Origin: Candidatus Saccharimonadia bacterium
GTDB lineage: Bacteria > Patescibacteriota > Saccharimonadia > UBA4664 > SCTI01
DNA: 50,070 nucleotides
Assembly: GCA_046597065.1 (NCBI GenBank)
Contig: JBKJLI010000002.1
Location: 1 to 50,070, forward strand
Direction of reading: 5' to 3'
Below are positions 37,051 through 45,783 of the stretch, piece after piece. The position numbers were made by a program, and so were the translations under genes. The notes below the pieces were generated by a model. The model made no database searches and was not told the origin of the DNA. It saw only the letters and a list, made by a program, of their open reading frames with translations. Position 1 is the stretch's first letter, and each line of letters begins with the position of its first letter.

Positions 37051-37652
37051 TGCCCGACTGGACGTTTGAGCGGGTTGATCCCCGTGAACTGCCGTTTGAC
37101 CTAGTATCAGCCTCTTTCAGGGACTGGTTTCATCGAGAGCCGTGGCTCGAAGTGGCGCGCTGTCCAAGTTGCTCTCCCCAGGGTGACTTTGGCTCAGCCG
37201 GCCGTTTTACAGATTTCGGTAACGGAGTCTGTCCGGCCTGCGGTAGTGAGCTCCAGGAGTACTGGACCGATCAGCGAGTAGCTCAGTATTTTCTCGATTC
37301 CATGGACAATGAAGGCCTAGGCCTCTACGTCATGAAAGAGGCGGGAGATATCGTGGCCTGGGCTTGGGTTTACAGCATCAGCTGCGTTCCCGAATTGGCC
37401 GACCTGGGTCCGAATGGTACCTACGTAGACACATTCGGATTTGTTGTCAACGGTCAGGCACCATTCATGGATCTCTTCGGGTGGGGGCACCTCGAAGAAC
37501 AGAAGCGAGGTGCAGAGTACTTTGTCTACCGCACGCATGTTGATGCCGAGTACATTCGGCAGGTAACCGAAGGTTTTGGTTACCGCTTCTTGCGTCGGTC
37601 AACGGTTGAAGTAGACCGTGAGTACCACATCTACGTTCCGGAGCCGCTGTAG
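37050..37652 (+). CDS. GNAT-like protein with inserted CxxC/CxxC zinc ribbon
   Basis: SD AAGGAGG and TAATG coupling; F..EPW.E, CPSC..CPAC, IVAWAW.Y, YVDTFG, V.RT, FGY. Confidence 0.6.
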   Translation: MPDWTFERVDPRELPFDLVSASFRDWFHREPWLEVARCPSCSPQGDFGSAGRFTDFGNGVCPACGSELQEYWTDQRVAQYFLDSMDNEGLGLYVMKEAGDIVAWAWVYSISCVPELADLGPNGTYVDTFGFVVNGQAPFMDLFGWGHLEEQKRGAEYFVYRTHVDAEYIRQVTEGFGYRFLRRSTVEVDREYHIYVPEPL

Positions 37653-37660
37653 GCATCGGC

Positions 37661-37695
37661 GGGGTGGGTTGGCTATCAGCCGACCCACCCCTTTT
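37661..37695 (+). terminator. Intrinsic terminator
   Basis: GGGGTGGGTTGGCT-ATC-AGCCGACCCACCCC-TTTT. Confidence 0.85.
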
Positions 37696-37744
37696 CATTT
37701 AACATAAGCGGTATTATAATATGTACAACAATAAAGAAACAAAA

Positions 37745-38356
37745 ATGCAACCAACCGACTACAGTATTGAGTTTTCTCACATCTATCTTAATGAAACCTT
37801 TAGCCACGAGCACCAAAAAAGTATCAGTGTGCTCAAAGAGTTTATTGACGAACTGGATGGTAATGATACCTACTCGCTTAACGTTTTAATCGATGACTAT
37901 AACGCTACCGACGAAGTCCTTGATATTAAAGACTTCAAGCAGCAGTTAGAAGATGCTGGAGTGATGCCAGACTACTTAGCCTATGAAGCACGCTTAGTAG
38001 ATTACTCTTCTACGTTGTTATCGCACATGAAGGAAAATAAGTTGAAGCGAAGCTACATCCGCTACATCGAGAACAAGGGCATAATTCCATGCTCATTTAT
38101 GATTGCAACCTGGTATCTTTTGCGTTTGGGGGCGTTGCCGCTTAATCCCGAGACCCTTGTTTATGAAAAGAACGGCGGCCATTCCAAAGCATTCGTTGCT
38201 AAAAATATCGTCAGCATTCTTCCCGATCGATTTAGAGGAGTTGAACATAAGGCAGAACTGATTATTCGAGCAACTCCGTTCGCTGCCATGAACGCACAAA
38301 TCGAGCGAATATATTATGATGGTGTAGAGGAGAGAGCACTAGCTGGTGTCCATTAG
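37745..38356 (+). CDS. Hypothetical cytoplasmic enzyme, motif pattern reminiscent of the SCO2522 family
   Basis: SIEFSHIY, LIDDY, DYLAYE, C...IATWYLLRLG, SILPDRF..VEH. Family resemblance is from memory. ATG 37721 abuts a TATAAT box, so 37745 is preferred. Confidence 0.6.
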   Translation: MQPTDYSIEFSHIYLNETFSHEHQKSISVLKEFIDELDGNDTYSLNVLIDDYNATDEVLDIKDFKQQLEDAGVMPDYLAYEARLVDYSSTLLSHMKENKLKRSYIRYIENKGIIPCSFMIATWYLLRLGALPLNPETLVYEKNGGHSKAFVAKNIVSILPDRFRGVEHKAELIIRATPFAAMNAQIERIYYDGVEERALAGVH

Positions 38357-40529
38357 ACTTATAAGCTATATTTTTGCCTTTGTCGTTATGGCAATTTTGG
38401 GGGCTTTTGTTTATGCCAACAATAAGAACGGACGCATCAATAAAACTTTCTTCTTATTTACAATTTCGGCCGACATCTGGATTTTCTCGTTATTAATTGC
38501 CGACAACACGACCTCACTGGCATTAATTGATCTCGGTGCCAGACTGGCTTTTGTAAGTTCAACGGCAACCCTATGCATGCTTGTAATTTTTACCCTAGCA
38601 CTGGCCTACCCTAAGCGCAAAAGCACTCGGACAACCCTGGCATTTATTGTTCCGGCCACTCTTTTAATTGCAACCGCTCCAACCAGTTTAGCAATTCAAA
38701 GCGTATCGGTGCAGGATTACGGGGCCGGTGTTAGTGGAGGTATAGCATATGATATCTTTTCGCTGTATGCGGGCGTTTGCCTGCTTGCAGCTTTAATAAC
38801 TCTGGCTAAGGGAATAAAGCGTGGTGATGCCAGGACTAAAACCCAGCTAACCTACCTAGGTTTAGGTCTTGCGCTAACAGGCGTTACAGCAATACTGACT
38901 AATTTAGTATTTGTATCGTTTGCCTATCTTGGCCCACCTTCATACCTCTTCCTTGCTGGTTTCACCGCTTTTGCAGTAGTAAAACACCGACTCTTTAACG
39001 TGAGGGCAGTGGTTGCCCGATCGATTGCATATGTTCTACTACTACTGACTTTAGCGGGTTCTTATGGTGCCACCCTGTTTGCAGTATCCAACTTTCTTTT
39101 CCCCGAAAGCAAAAGTAGCACGGCTCAGAGCGTTGTGTATGTAGTACTTGCTGTTTTGCTGGCTTTTACCTTCCAGCCCCTCAAGAGCTTCTTCGAAAAG
39201 TTAACCGATCGTATTTTCTTTCGTGATCGTTATGATTCCCAGGTGGTGCTTAACGAGATTGGGCAGATTTTGGTGGCCGAGTTTAAGCTTGATCGTTTGT
39301 TGCGCAAAACCCTGGCCAGAATCAGCCAAGATCTAAAAATTGGCAACAGTCTGTTCTATGTTTTCGAAGAAGATGAGATTTATAAGGTGGAGCATTACGG
39401 TGCAGTGGCTCATAAGCAAATAACCGCCAAAGAGTTGCAAACTCTTCGTCATCGCACGATTGTGGCCGATGAGCTGAATGAGGGCCATGAAAAGCAGTTG
39501 ATGGAAGAGTACGACTTTAGGGTGGTAATGCATTTGCGCACTAAGGAAGAGTTTGTGGGTTACTTGCTGCTTGGCGACAAGCTAAGTGGCGACATTTATA
39601 CTCCGCAAGACATCGAGGTGCTTGAAATTTTGTCGCAAGAACTGGCGGTGGCCATAAGTAACGCCAAGGCTTACGAAGAGATTGCCGAGTTTAATGCTAC
39701 CCTCCAGGGTAAGGTAGATGATGCCACAAAGCGTTTGCGCAGTGCCAACATTCATTTAAAAGAACTTGATCAAGCCAAGGATGAGTTTATTTCGATGGCC
39801 TCGCACCAGCTGCGCACTCCGCTAACAACCATTAAGGGTTATCTGTCTATGCTCCAAGAAGGTGATGCTGGCAAGATGAAGCCGGAACAACTGGAGTTCA
39901 TAAACTACGCCTATGCCGGCTCTCAGCGCATGGTCAACTTAATCTCTGATTTACTCAACGTGTCGCGAATGTCGGCAGGTAAGTTCTTAATTGAAAAGGC
40001 GCCAATTGACCTAACTCAGGTAACGGCCGAAGAGGTGCAGCAGCTGCAAAGTCACGCTGTGTCAAAAAATCTTAAACTGGCGTATGAACCACCAAAACAA
40101 AAACTAGACCTGGTTAGCTTAGATGAAAACAAGACCAGGCAGGTAATTATGAACTTTATTGATAACGCCGTTTACTATACCAAAGAGGGTAGTGTAACGG
40201 TTAGCTTGAATAAGGTCGGAAGCAATGTAGAGTTGCGGGTTAAAGACACCGGCATAGGTGTGCCGCCGGACGCTCAAAAGAAGCTGTTTACCAAATTCTA
40301 TCGTGCTGGCAATGCCCAAACCGTACGCCCCGACGGCACTGGCTTGGGGCTTTACTTAGCCAAGCGGGTGGTAGAGGATCAGGGTGGTACAATAATCTTT
40401 GAAACTACTGAAGGCAAAGGGAGCACTTTTGGCTTCTCTTTGCCAATGAAAGCAGGAAAGGTTGATATAGATGTCGAGAGTAAGCAACCCCCAAGACAGC
40501 TCACAGGATCGGGCAGTGGCAGCCAGTAA
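38346..40529 (+). CDS. Sensor histidine kinase with HisKA_7TM-like N-terminus and GAF-like domain
   Basis: Many TM helices, A.VKHRLF, LG.K.SGD.Y...D..VL, ASHQLRTPL, NFIDNA, DTGIG, GTGLGL. Confidence 0.92.
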   Translation: MSIRLISYIFAFVVMAILGAFVYANNKNGRINKTFFLFTISADIWIFSLLIADNTTSLALIDLGARLAFVSSTATLCMLVIFTLALAYPKRKSTRTTLAFIVPATLLIATAPTSLAIQSVSVQDYGAGVSGGIAYDIFSLYAGVCLLAALITLAKGIKRGDARTKTQLTYLGLGLALTGVTAILTNLVFVSFAYLGPPSYLFLAGFTAFAVVKHRLFNVRAVVARSIAYVLLLLTLAGSYGATLFAVSNFLFPESKSSTAQSVVYVVLAVLLAFTFQPLKSFFEKLTDRIFFRDRYDSQVVLNEIGQILVAEFKLDRLLRKTLARISQDLKIGNSLFYVFEEDEIYKVEHYGAVAHKQITAKELQTLRHRTIVADELNEGHEKQLMEEYDFRVVMHLRTKEEFVGYLLLGDKLSGDIYTPQDIEVLEILSQELAVAISNAKAYEEIAEFNATLQGKVDDATKRLRSANIHLKELDQAKDEFISMASHQLRTPLTTIKGYLSMLQEGDAGKMKPEQLEFINYAYAGSQRMVNLISDLLNVSRMSAGKFLIEKAPIDLTQVTAEEVQQLQSHAVSKNLKLAYEPPKQKLDLVSLDENKTRQVIMNFIDNAVYYTKEGSVTVSLNKVGSNVELRVKDTGIGVPPDAQKKLFTKFYRAGNAQTVRPDGTGLGLYLAKRVVEDQGGTIIFETTEGKGSTFGFSLPMKAGKVDIDVESKQPPRQLTGSGSGSQ

Positions 40530-40902
40530 CGGTAAAACTATATTTTTGGCCGAAGACGATCCGTTTATTTCACGGATGTACAACGTTAAGTTGGAAAGCG
40601 CCGGTTTTAAGATTGTACTGGCTAGCAACGGCCGCGACGCCTATGAGCAGATCAAGGCAGTTAAACCGGATTTAATATTACTTGATATAAACATGCCGGA
40701 AATGACTGGCTTCGAAGTGGTTAAAGCCCTTCAAACTGATGGCGAAACCGATCTCATAAAAAAGATCACGGTTTTAACCAACTCGGCCAACCCCGCCGAT
40801 CATCAGTTGGCCGAAAGCCTGGGCATAGATTATGTAGTAAAAGCCGATATGACACCTCATGATGTACTAGACAAAATAAACCTCAAGCTGGGCTTAAAGT
40901 AG
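40471..40902 (+). CDS. Single-domain response regulator (start may be slightly downstream)
   Basis: IFLAEDD, LLDINMPEMTG, LTN, YVVK. Confidence 0.9.
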   Translation: MSRVSNPQDSSQDRAVAASNGKTIFLAEDDPFISRMYNVKLESAGFKIVLASNGRDAYEQIKAVKPDLILLDINMPEMTGFEVVKALQTDGETDLIKKITVLTNSANPADHQLAESLGIDYVVKADMTPHDVLDKINLKLGLK

Positions 40903-40914
40903 CTTTAATTTTAT

Positions 40915-42087
40915 CTAGGGTAGTTTATAGACTTCGCGGACACGATGCAGGCTATAGACAGTGCCACTTGAATGCAAGCTTCCTGGTAAAGTAGACACCG
41001 CCGAAATATAGCCAGCGGCGCGAACGATATCAATACTGGACGCGTTAAAGCTACCGTAAGGGTAGGCAAAGTGCAAAATGGGATGGCCAAGATGCGCTTC
41101 CATGGCTTGTTTATTGGAGATGATTTCAAAGCGCTGGTCATCTTGCGATAAAGTGGGCAGATTAGAGTGATCGACCGTGTGGCCGGCAATGGTTATTAGC
41201 CCACCGCGGTCTAAGGCAACAATTTGGTCCCAATTCATATAAGAGTCGCCGCAGCCACCTGGTGGTTGAAGGGCGTCGCCATAACGTCTTAAGGCACCTA
41301 TGCACCATTTGCTGCGCTCGCCACCTGTAATAATGTAGAAAGTGGCTGGCATGTTATGGCGCATAAGGGTTTCGGCGGCATTAAGTTGAGTGCTAAAGCC
41401 ATCATCAAAAGTTATGACCACCGGTTTAGCTGGTAGACCACCACGGCCACTTAAAGCCAGGGTTAGAGCATCCATGGTAATCGCGGTATAGCCGTGGCTA
41501 GTTAAGAAGCTCAACTGGCTATCGAAATCGGCAGGAGGGTTGTGATATAGCAATATTGGCACATTTAAATTACTGGTTGTAGCCACAGGCGCTTGTTGGG
41601 CAACCAAAGTGCGTTGAAAACTTAATTGGCGGTTGAGTTGTGCTAGACGGGTACGAAGCGCGCCCATAGCAGCGCGCGCTTGCTTATGGTGCCCAGTTTG
41701 TAAATCAACTTGGATACTGGCCAGTTCGGCCTCAAGTTCTGACGGCTGAATTATGGGTGAAGCAGCTTGGGCTTGCTCGAACCCAGTAATTTGGCGGCTA
41801 AGTTCGCGAAACTGCTGAATAGAGCGGTTGTCATGGATGGCTTCTTCGCTAAGACTATGTATTTCGGCACTGCTGGCTAAAGCGTTAATACTTCCCAACA
41901 TTCCGAATGCAAAAATTAGGCCAACAATGGCATATACGGCGATGGCCAGTTGCCGAACGCGAGTAGCTGATAGCAAGACCACAAATGGATGGTGCTCTTG
42001 GTAGGCCCACTTGTCCGAACTAGATTTGACGGCCCGGGACTTTTTAGAGGCTGATTTTTTAGCCTTGCTAGGAGTTTTTTTTGTCAT
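40915..42087 (-). CDS. Membrane-anchored polysaccharide deacetylase (NodB/CE4)
   Basis: PILLYH, ITFDDG, HTVDH, FAYPYG; TM and coiled stalk at the N-terminus. Confidence 0.9.
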   Translation of the reverse strand: MTKKTPSKAKKSASKKSRAVKSSSDKWAYQEHHPFVVLLSATRVRQLAIAVYAIVGLIFAFGMLGSINALASSAEIHSLSEEAIHDNRSIQQFRELSRQITGFEQAQAASPIIQPSELEAELASIQVDLQTGHHKQARAAMGALRTRLAQLNRQLSFQRTLVAQQAPVATTSNLNVPILLYHNPPADFDSQLSFLTSHGYTAITMDALTLALSGRGGLPAKPVVITFDDGFSTQLNAAETLMRHNMPATFYIITGGERSKWCIGALRRYGDALQPPGGCGDSYMNWDQIVALDRGGLITIAGHTVDHSNLPTLSQDDQRFEIISNKQAMEAHLGHPILHFAYPYGSFNASSIDIVRAAGYISAVSTLPGSLHSSGTVYSLHRVREVYKLP

Positions 42088-42112
42088 TAAGGTCTTTGGT
42101 TATTTGGTGAAA

Positions 42113-42571
42113 TTATAAATGAGGTCGATGCAGGTGGCCACCGGCTCGTAGCTTTCGCCACTCATAAAAAGTCAGCCCCAAGATCACAAAGTTAAATAGC
42201 ATTAAACCAAGTAGTCCTATACTAAAACCTTGGATCAGCAGGATGATTTGATAAACGATGAATCCGCCAAGAACCAATAATGCCAAAGGGTAGGCCCAAA
42301 GATACTCTTTAAGTAGACAATAGGCCAAGCCAACCCTTATGAGACCGTGTGACAGCAAGTAAAAAAAGACATACTGCTTGGCGCCTCCAGCTAACTCTTC
42401 GGTGGTATGAAAGCCGAGACGTTCAAGTGGTTTAATCCAGTTTTCAAAAGTCCCCAGGCTAATTAAACCGATTACGGCGGCACTTGCCAGCTCGGCGGCA
42501 CCCCCTACAGCTTTTAAAATTATGCCAAAATAAAAGGCGTCATCGATATAATCAGCATATTTTTTGATCAT
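42113..42571 (-). CDS. Membrane protein, DUF2127-like
   Basis: GIILK...G..E, YLLSHG, LWAYP, F.VYQ, EW; ATG 42571 follows TATAAT by 6 nt. Confidence 0.75.
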   Translation of the reverse strand: MIKKYADYIDDAFYFGIILKAVGGAAELASAAVIGLISLGTFENWIKPLERLGFHTTEELAGGAKQYVFFYLLSHGLIRVGLAYCLLKEYLWAYPLALLVLGGFIVYQIILLIQGFSIGLLGLMLFNFVILGLTFYEWRKLRAGGHLHRPHL

Positions 42572-42596
42572 AAATATATTATAGCTTGAAATGCTG

Positions 42597-42638
42597 AGCG
42601 GCCCCCACACAAGAATCCTTTCTTGCATGGAGGCCGCT
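42597..42638 (-). terminator. Long hairpin after ORF 42653-43078
   Basis: - strand AGCGGCCTCCATGCAAGAA..TTCTTGTGTGGGGGCCGCT with G-U pairs. Confidence 0.65.
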
Positions 42639-42652
42639 GGGCCAGATGTGGC

Positions 42653-43078
42653 TTAAGCCGGCTGTAGGGCCGGGCGCGCCTTGCTGGCGTATGCCCTTCC
42701 GATGAAGGGGATGGAGCGTCGTTTCCACTGGCCAAGGGTGAGCTTCCAGTGCTCGAGCTTGGGCGTGACGCCCCTTAGCTGCCCGTTCGGCCGGATGGTC
42801 TGGAGGTAGATATCGGCGATTCCGAGAGCCTCGAACCACCGCGACAGGGCTCGGTTGAGCAGGTCGCCGTCGATGTCGGAGAAGTGAATCTGGTTGCCGA
42901 TGATCGACCAGAAGTCGATATCACCACGCCGCTCCATTGCGACAAGCGCAACACGCAGCTTCCCAACCGCAAGAGGGCTGAGCATGAGCTCGGGCAGGGT
43001 CAGGTGGGGGTTGACACTGAAACCGTCGTTACCGCGGTACAGCAGGGCCAGATTTTCATGGGGGATGACAGTTGTCAT
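42653..43078 (-). CDS. GC-rich hypothetical protein
   Basis: SD AGGAG, promoter TTGTCA-17-TAACAT (43162-43134), own hairpin; no recognisable motif. Confidence 0.7.
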   Translation of the reverse strand: MTTVIPHENLALLYRGNDGFSVNPHLTLPELMLSPLAVGKLRVALVAMERRGDIDFWSIIGNQIHFSDIDGDLLNRALSRWFEALGIADIYLQTIRPNGQLRGVTPKLEHWKLTLGQWKRRSIPFIGRAYASKARPALQPA

Positions 43079-43230
43079 GTTACTCCTGGTTTGGTGTGGT
43101 AGGTACAGCGGGCAAAATCGCGCGCAAGCAAGTATGTTACCTTAAAATGACGCTTTTGACAAGTATCTCAGCCCTCGATGTTGCCTAAGTCTGGCAAACT
43201 ATGTATATCTCAGTCTAAAAATAGGTATAA

Positions 43231-44880
43231 TTGGTGAATTGGAGCATAACCATTTCCACTAAACTCGCAGTAAAATCGAAACTCCACCTACTGCCGCTTA
43301 TCGCTATCGCGTTGGTAGCAGCGGCTTTTGCCATTAAGGTGGTGTTTTTTTCGAATGCCGGCGGTGCGGTGGTTTGCGATAAGGTTGCCTCACGCACCGG
43401 CTCAGATTCAAATGCTGGCACTGAAGCCAGCCCATATAAATCGGCCCAAAAGGTAGCCGATAATTTAACGGCCGGTCAGACGGGATGTTTGCATGCCGGC
43501 GTATACACCGAGCTAGCCAACGGTGGATACGTTTTGCGCCCGCTGCATGGCGGGACCTCTACAACCAGCCAAATTATTATTCGCAGTTATCCTAATGATC
43601 CAAGTGGCCGCGCCACACTACAGGGACCCATTGATATTCAGTTAAACTCAAACTTTGTGACTTTATCCGATCTTAATCTTGATGGTTCAACTTATGGTAG
43701 TAACTCAATGGAGGTATACGCCAGCAATTTTAGCTTGCTAAGAAATGATATTACCAATAAACATCTTGGGGGTAGCTGCATATATTTGGGATCAGATGGA
43801 TCATATCCTCAAACCGGCCCAGCCACGAATGTATTAATTAAAGACAATATCATTCATGAGTGTGGTAAGCCCGCCAATGGGAATCAAGATCATTCAATAT
43901 ATGCGCACTCACCTCGCGGCGGCCAGATAACCGAAAACATCTTTTACGACCCAACCGGCTTTCAGATTCAGTTCTGGACAGACAGCCAAGGTCTGCAGAT
44001 TGATCACAACATATTTAACGGCGGATCGGTAGTCGGCGGAATTGTCTTTGGAGGGGGAGATAACTTGCTCTCGAATAATAATTCTGTAAACAACAACATT
44101 ATTACCAATGCTGCCCAAAAAGGAATAACCTATTGCTGGGCCGGTTCGGCGGCTGCTAACTGCGCGGCCGGACCTTCGGGCATTGGAAATGTGGCCAACA
44201 ACAATTGCCTATATGGCAACATTGGTGGTGATATCTCCGCCCAAATCGGATTTACGGCGAGTGGTAACTTAACATCTACAAATCCACTATATGTAAATTC
44301 CGCTTCTCATGATTTTACCCTTCAGACCGGCAGCCCATGCTTGGCAAAGACTGGTTATGACATTGCCGTAGCGGTTAATGCTGCCATTGCCGCAGCCGGC
44401 TTAAGTGGCGGCTCGAACTCGCTACCCCCAGCTGCGCCAACTGGCCTAACCGCAACAGCAAGCCCAGGGCAGGTTGTTCTTAACTGGACAGTAAGCCCAA
44501 TAGATGAGGCCGTTACTCGCTACAACATATACCGATTGGATACTGCAGGAGTTTGGGGTTATACGGCCAACGGTACAACCACAACTTTTACGAATGCATC
44601 TGGTATTACCAATGGTACTCAATATTGTTACACCATTAATGCGGTCAATTCAGCGGGGCCAAGTCCTCAAAGCACCCAGGCTTGTGCTACGCCAATGGCT
44701 ACAACCAAGATTGGTGACCTAAATGGCGATAACTCAGTTAACATTTTTGACTTAAGCATCTTGTTAACCAACTTTGGCAAAACTCCGGCACAATCAACTA
44801 ATCCTGCCGCCGATCTAAATGCTAACAACTTTATTGATATTTACGACCTATCAATTCTACTGAGTCATTATGGAACCTAG
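43231..44880 (+). CDS. Secreted right-handed beta-helix protein with Fn3 and C-terminal dockerin-like domain
   Basis: GSDSNAGT.ASPY, N-rich repeats, PAAPTGL..W..Y.IYR..Y.Y.INAVN, two GDLN.D..V.I.DLSILL repeats. Start uncertain. Confidence 0.85.
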   Translation: MVNWSITISTKLAVKSKLHLLPLIAIALVAAAFAIKVVFFSNAGGAVVCDKVASRTGSDSNAGTEASPYKSAQKVADNLTAGQTGCLHAGVYTELANGGYVLRPLHGGTSTTSQIIIRSYPNDPSGRATLQGPIDIQLNSNFVTLSDLNLDGSTYGSNSMEVYASNFSLLRNDITNKHLGGSCIYLGSDGSYPQTGPATNVLIKDNIIHECGKPANGNQDHSIYAHSPRGGQITENIFYDPTGFQIQFWTDSQGLQIDHNIFNGGSVVGGIVFGGGDNLLSNNNSVNNNIITNAAQKGITYCWAGSAAANCAAGPSGIGNVANNNCLYGNIGGDISAQIGFTASGNLTSTNPLYVNSASHDFTLQTGSPCLAKTGYDIAVAVNAAIAAAGLSGGSNSLPPAAPTGLTATASPGQVVLNWTVSPIDEAVTRYNIYRLDTAGVWGYTANGTTTTFTNASGITNGTQYCYTINAVNSAGPSPQSTQACATPMATTKIGDLNGDNSVNIFDLSILLTNFGKTPAQSTNPAADLNANNFIDIYDLSILLSHYGT

Positions 44881-44896
44881 GGGAACAGAAATATAG

Positions 44897-44937
44897 AACC
44901 CCCTACAGCAAGAAAAGTAATCCTGCTATAGGGGGCT
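44897..44937 (-). terminator. Hairpin terminator between convergent genes
   Basis: - strand AGCCCCCTATAGCAGGA..TCTTGCTGTAGGGGGTT. Confidence 0.7.
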
Positions 44938-44941
44938 ATTG

Positions 44942-45367
44942 TCAGCTTCCGCTGACGATGAACTTCGAGACCGTGGCAGAGCCAACAGGCATCGAGATTC
45001 TGACCGTCTGGTGGTTGTCGTCGAAGGCGGCGACCAGTGTGGGCTGGTAGAAGCGTTCGAGGCACAACATGCGGCTGGTCTGCGGTGTGTTGTACGGGTT
45101 GTAAAACCCAACATCGGCCTGGTTGCCGCCGAGAATGCTGAGGTTGATGACCTCGCCGGGATCGAGCGAGTTGAGGCCGAAGCTGAAGCTGAAGCAGATC
45201 TGGTTGTAGGTCTGCTTGTTTCCCGGGAAGACCACCCGCACAGAGGCGGTCTGGGTGGGCGACAACAGGAAGCTGCTGGGCTGGGTCACCACGTTTGCGT
45301 TGGCGGCCGGAGCAACGAGTGCGCCGAAGGCAAGCATCGTTACGACCATGGTGAGGAACTTGCTCAT
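44942..45367 (-). CDS. GC-rich secreted hypothetical protein
   Basis: AGGAGG SD, promoter TTGACA-17-TAATAT (45435-45407), signal peptide ending AANA, two Cys. Confidence 0.8.
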   Translation of the reverse strand: MSKFLTMVVTMLAFGALVAPAANANVVTQPSSFLLSPTQTASVRVVFPGNKQTYNQICFSFSFGLNSLDPGEVINLSILGGNQADVGFYNPYNTPQTSRMLCLERFYQPTLVAAFDDNHQTVRISMPVGSATVSKFIVSGS

Positions 45368-45783
45368 GATGGACCTCCTGGGTCCTAGGAGTTGGCAATG
45401 TTGCATATATTAACATAAGAACTAACTATTGTCAATACTAGCTAATATGTATAGAATTTGTTGCATAGTATCTAGTACTCCGATATCCAAGATTATAAGA
45501 ATAAGAATAGTAGTGACATAGACGTGCCATATTATAGTTCAAAATACGAAAAGAGCCTCCAGAAAGCAGAAGATTTTTCAGTTCTGATTGAGGGCTAGGT
45601 GCCTATGCGAGGAGTTTCGTTTTCGCCCGTACTCAATATCTTCGTGAGTTGAGGCTGATTGATGATAGGAAGCTGGGCCTCTAGCGAGGAATTCTGGCTC
45701 GAATCCTTGATGTGCAGCGCCCGTTCATAAGGGCTATAATATACATAAAGTCTCAATTTTAGCTCGGAGCGACTAATATTAAA

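Noticed and set aside
45520-45762. Possible decayed ORF or RNA upstream of the 45784 gene
   Set aside because: A protein reading needs a frameshift and a stop readthrough with no recognisable motif, and the stems are weak.
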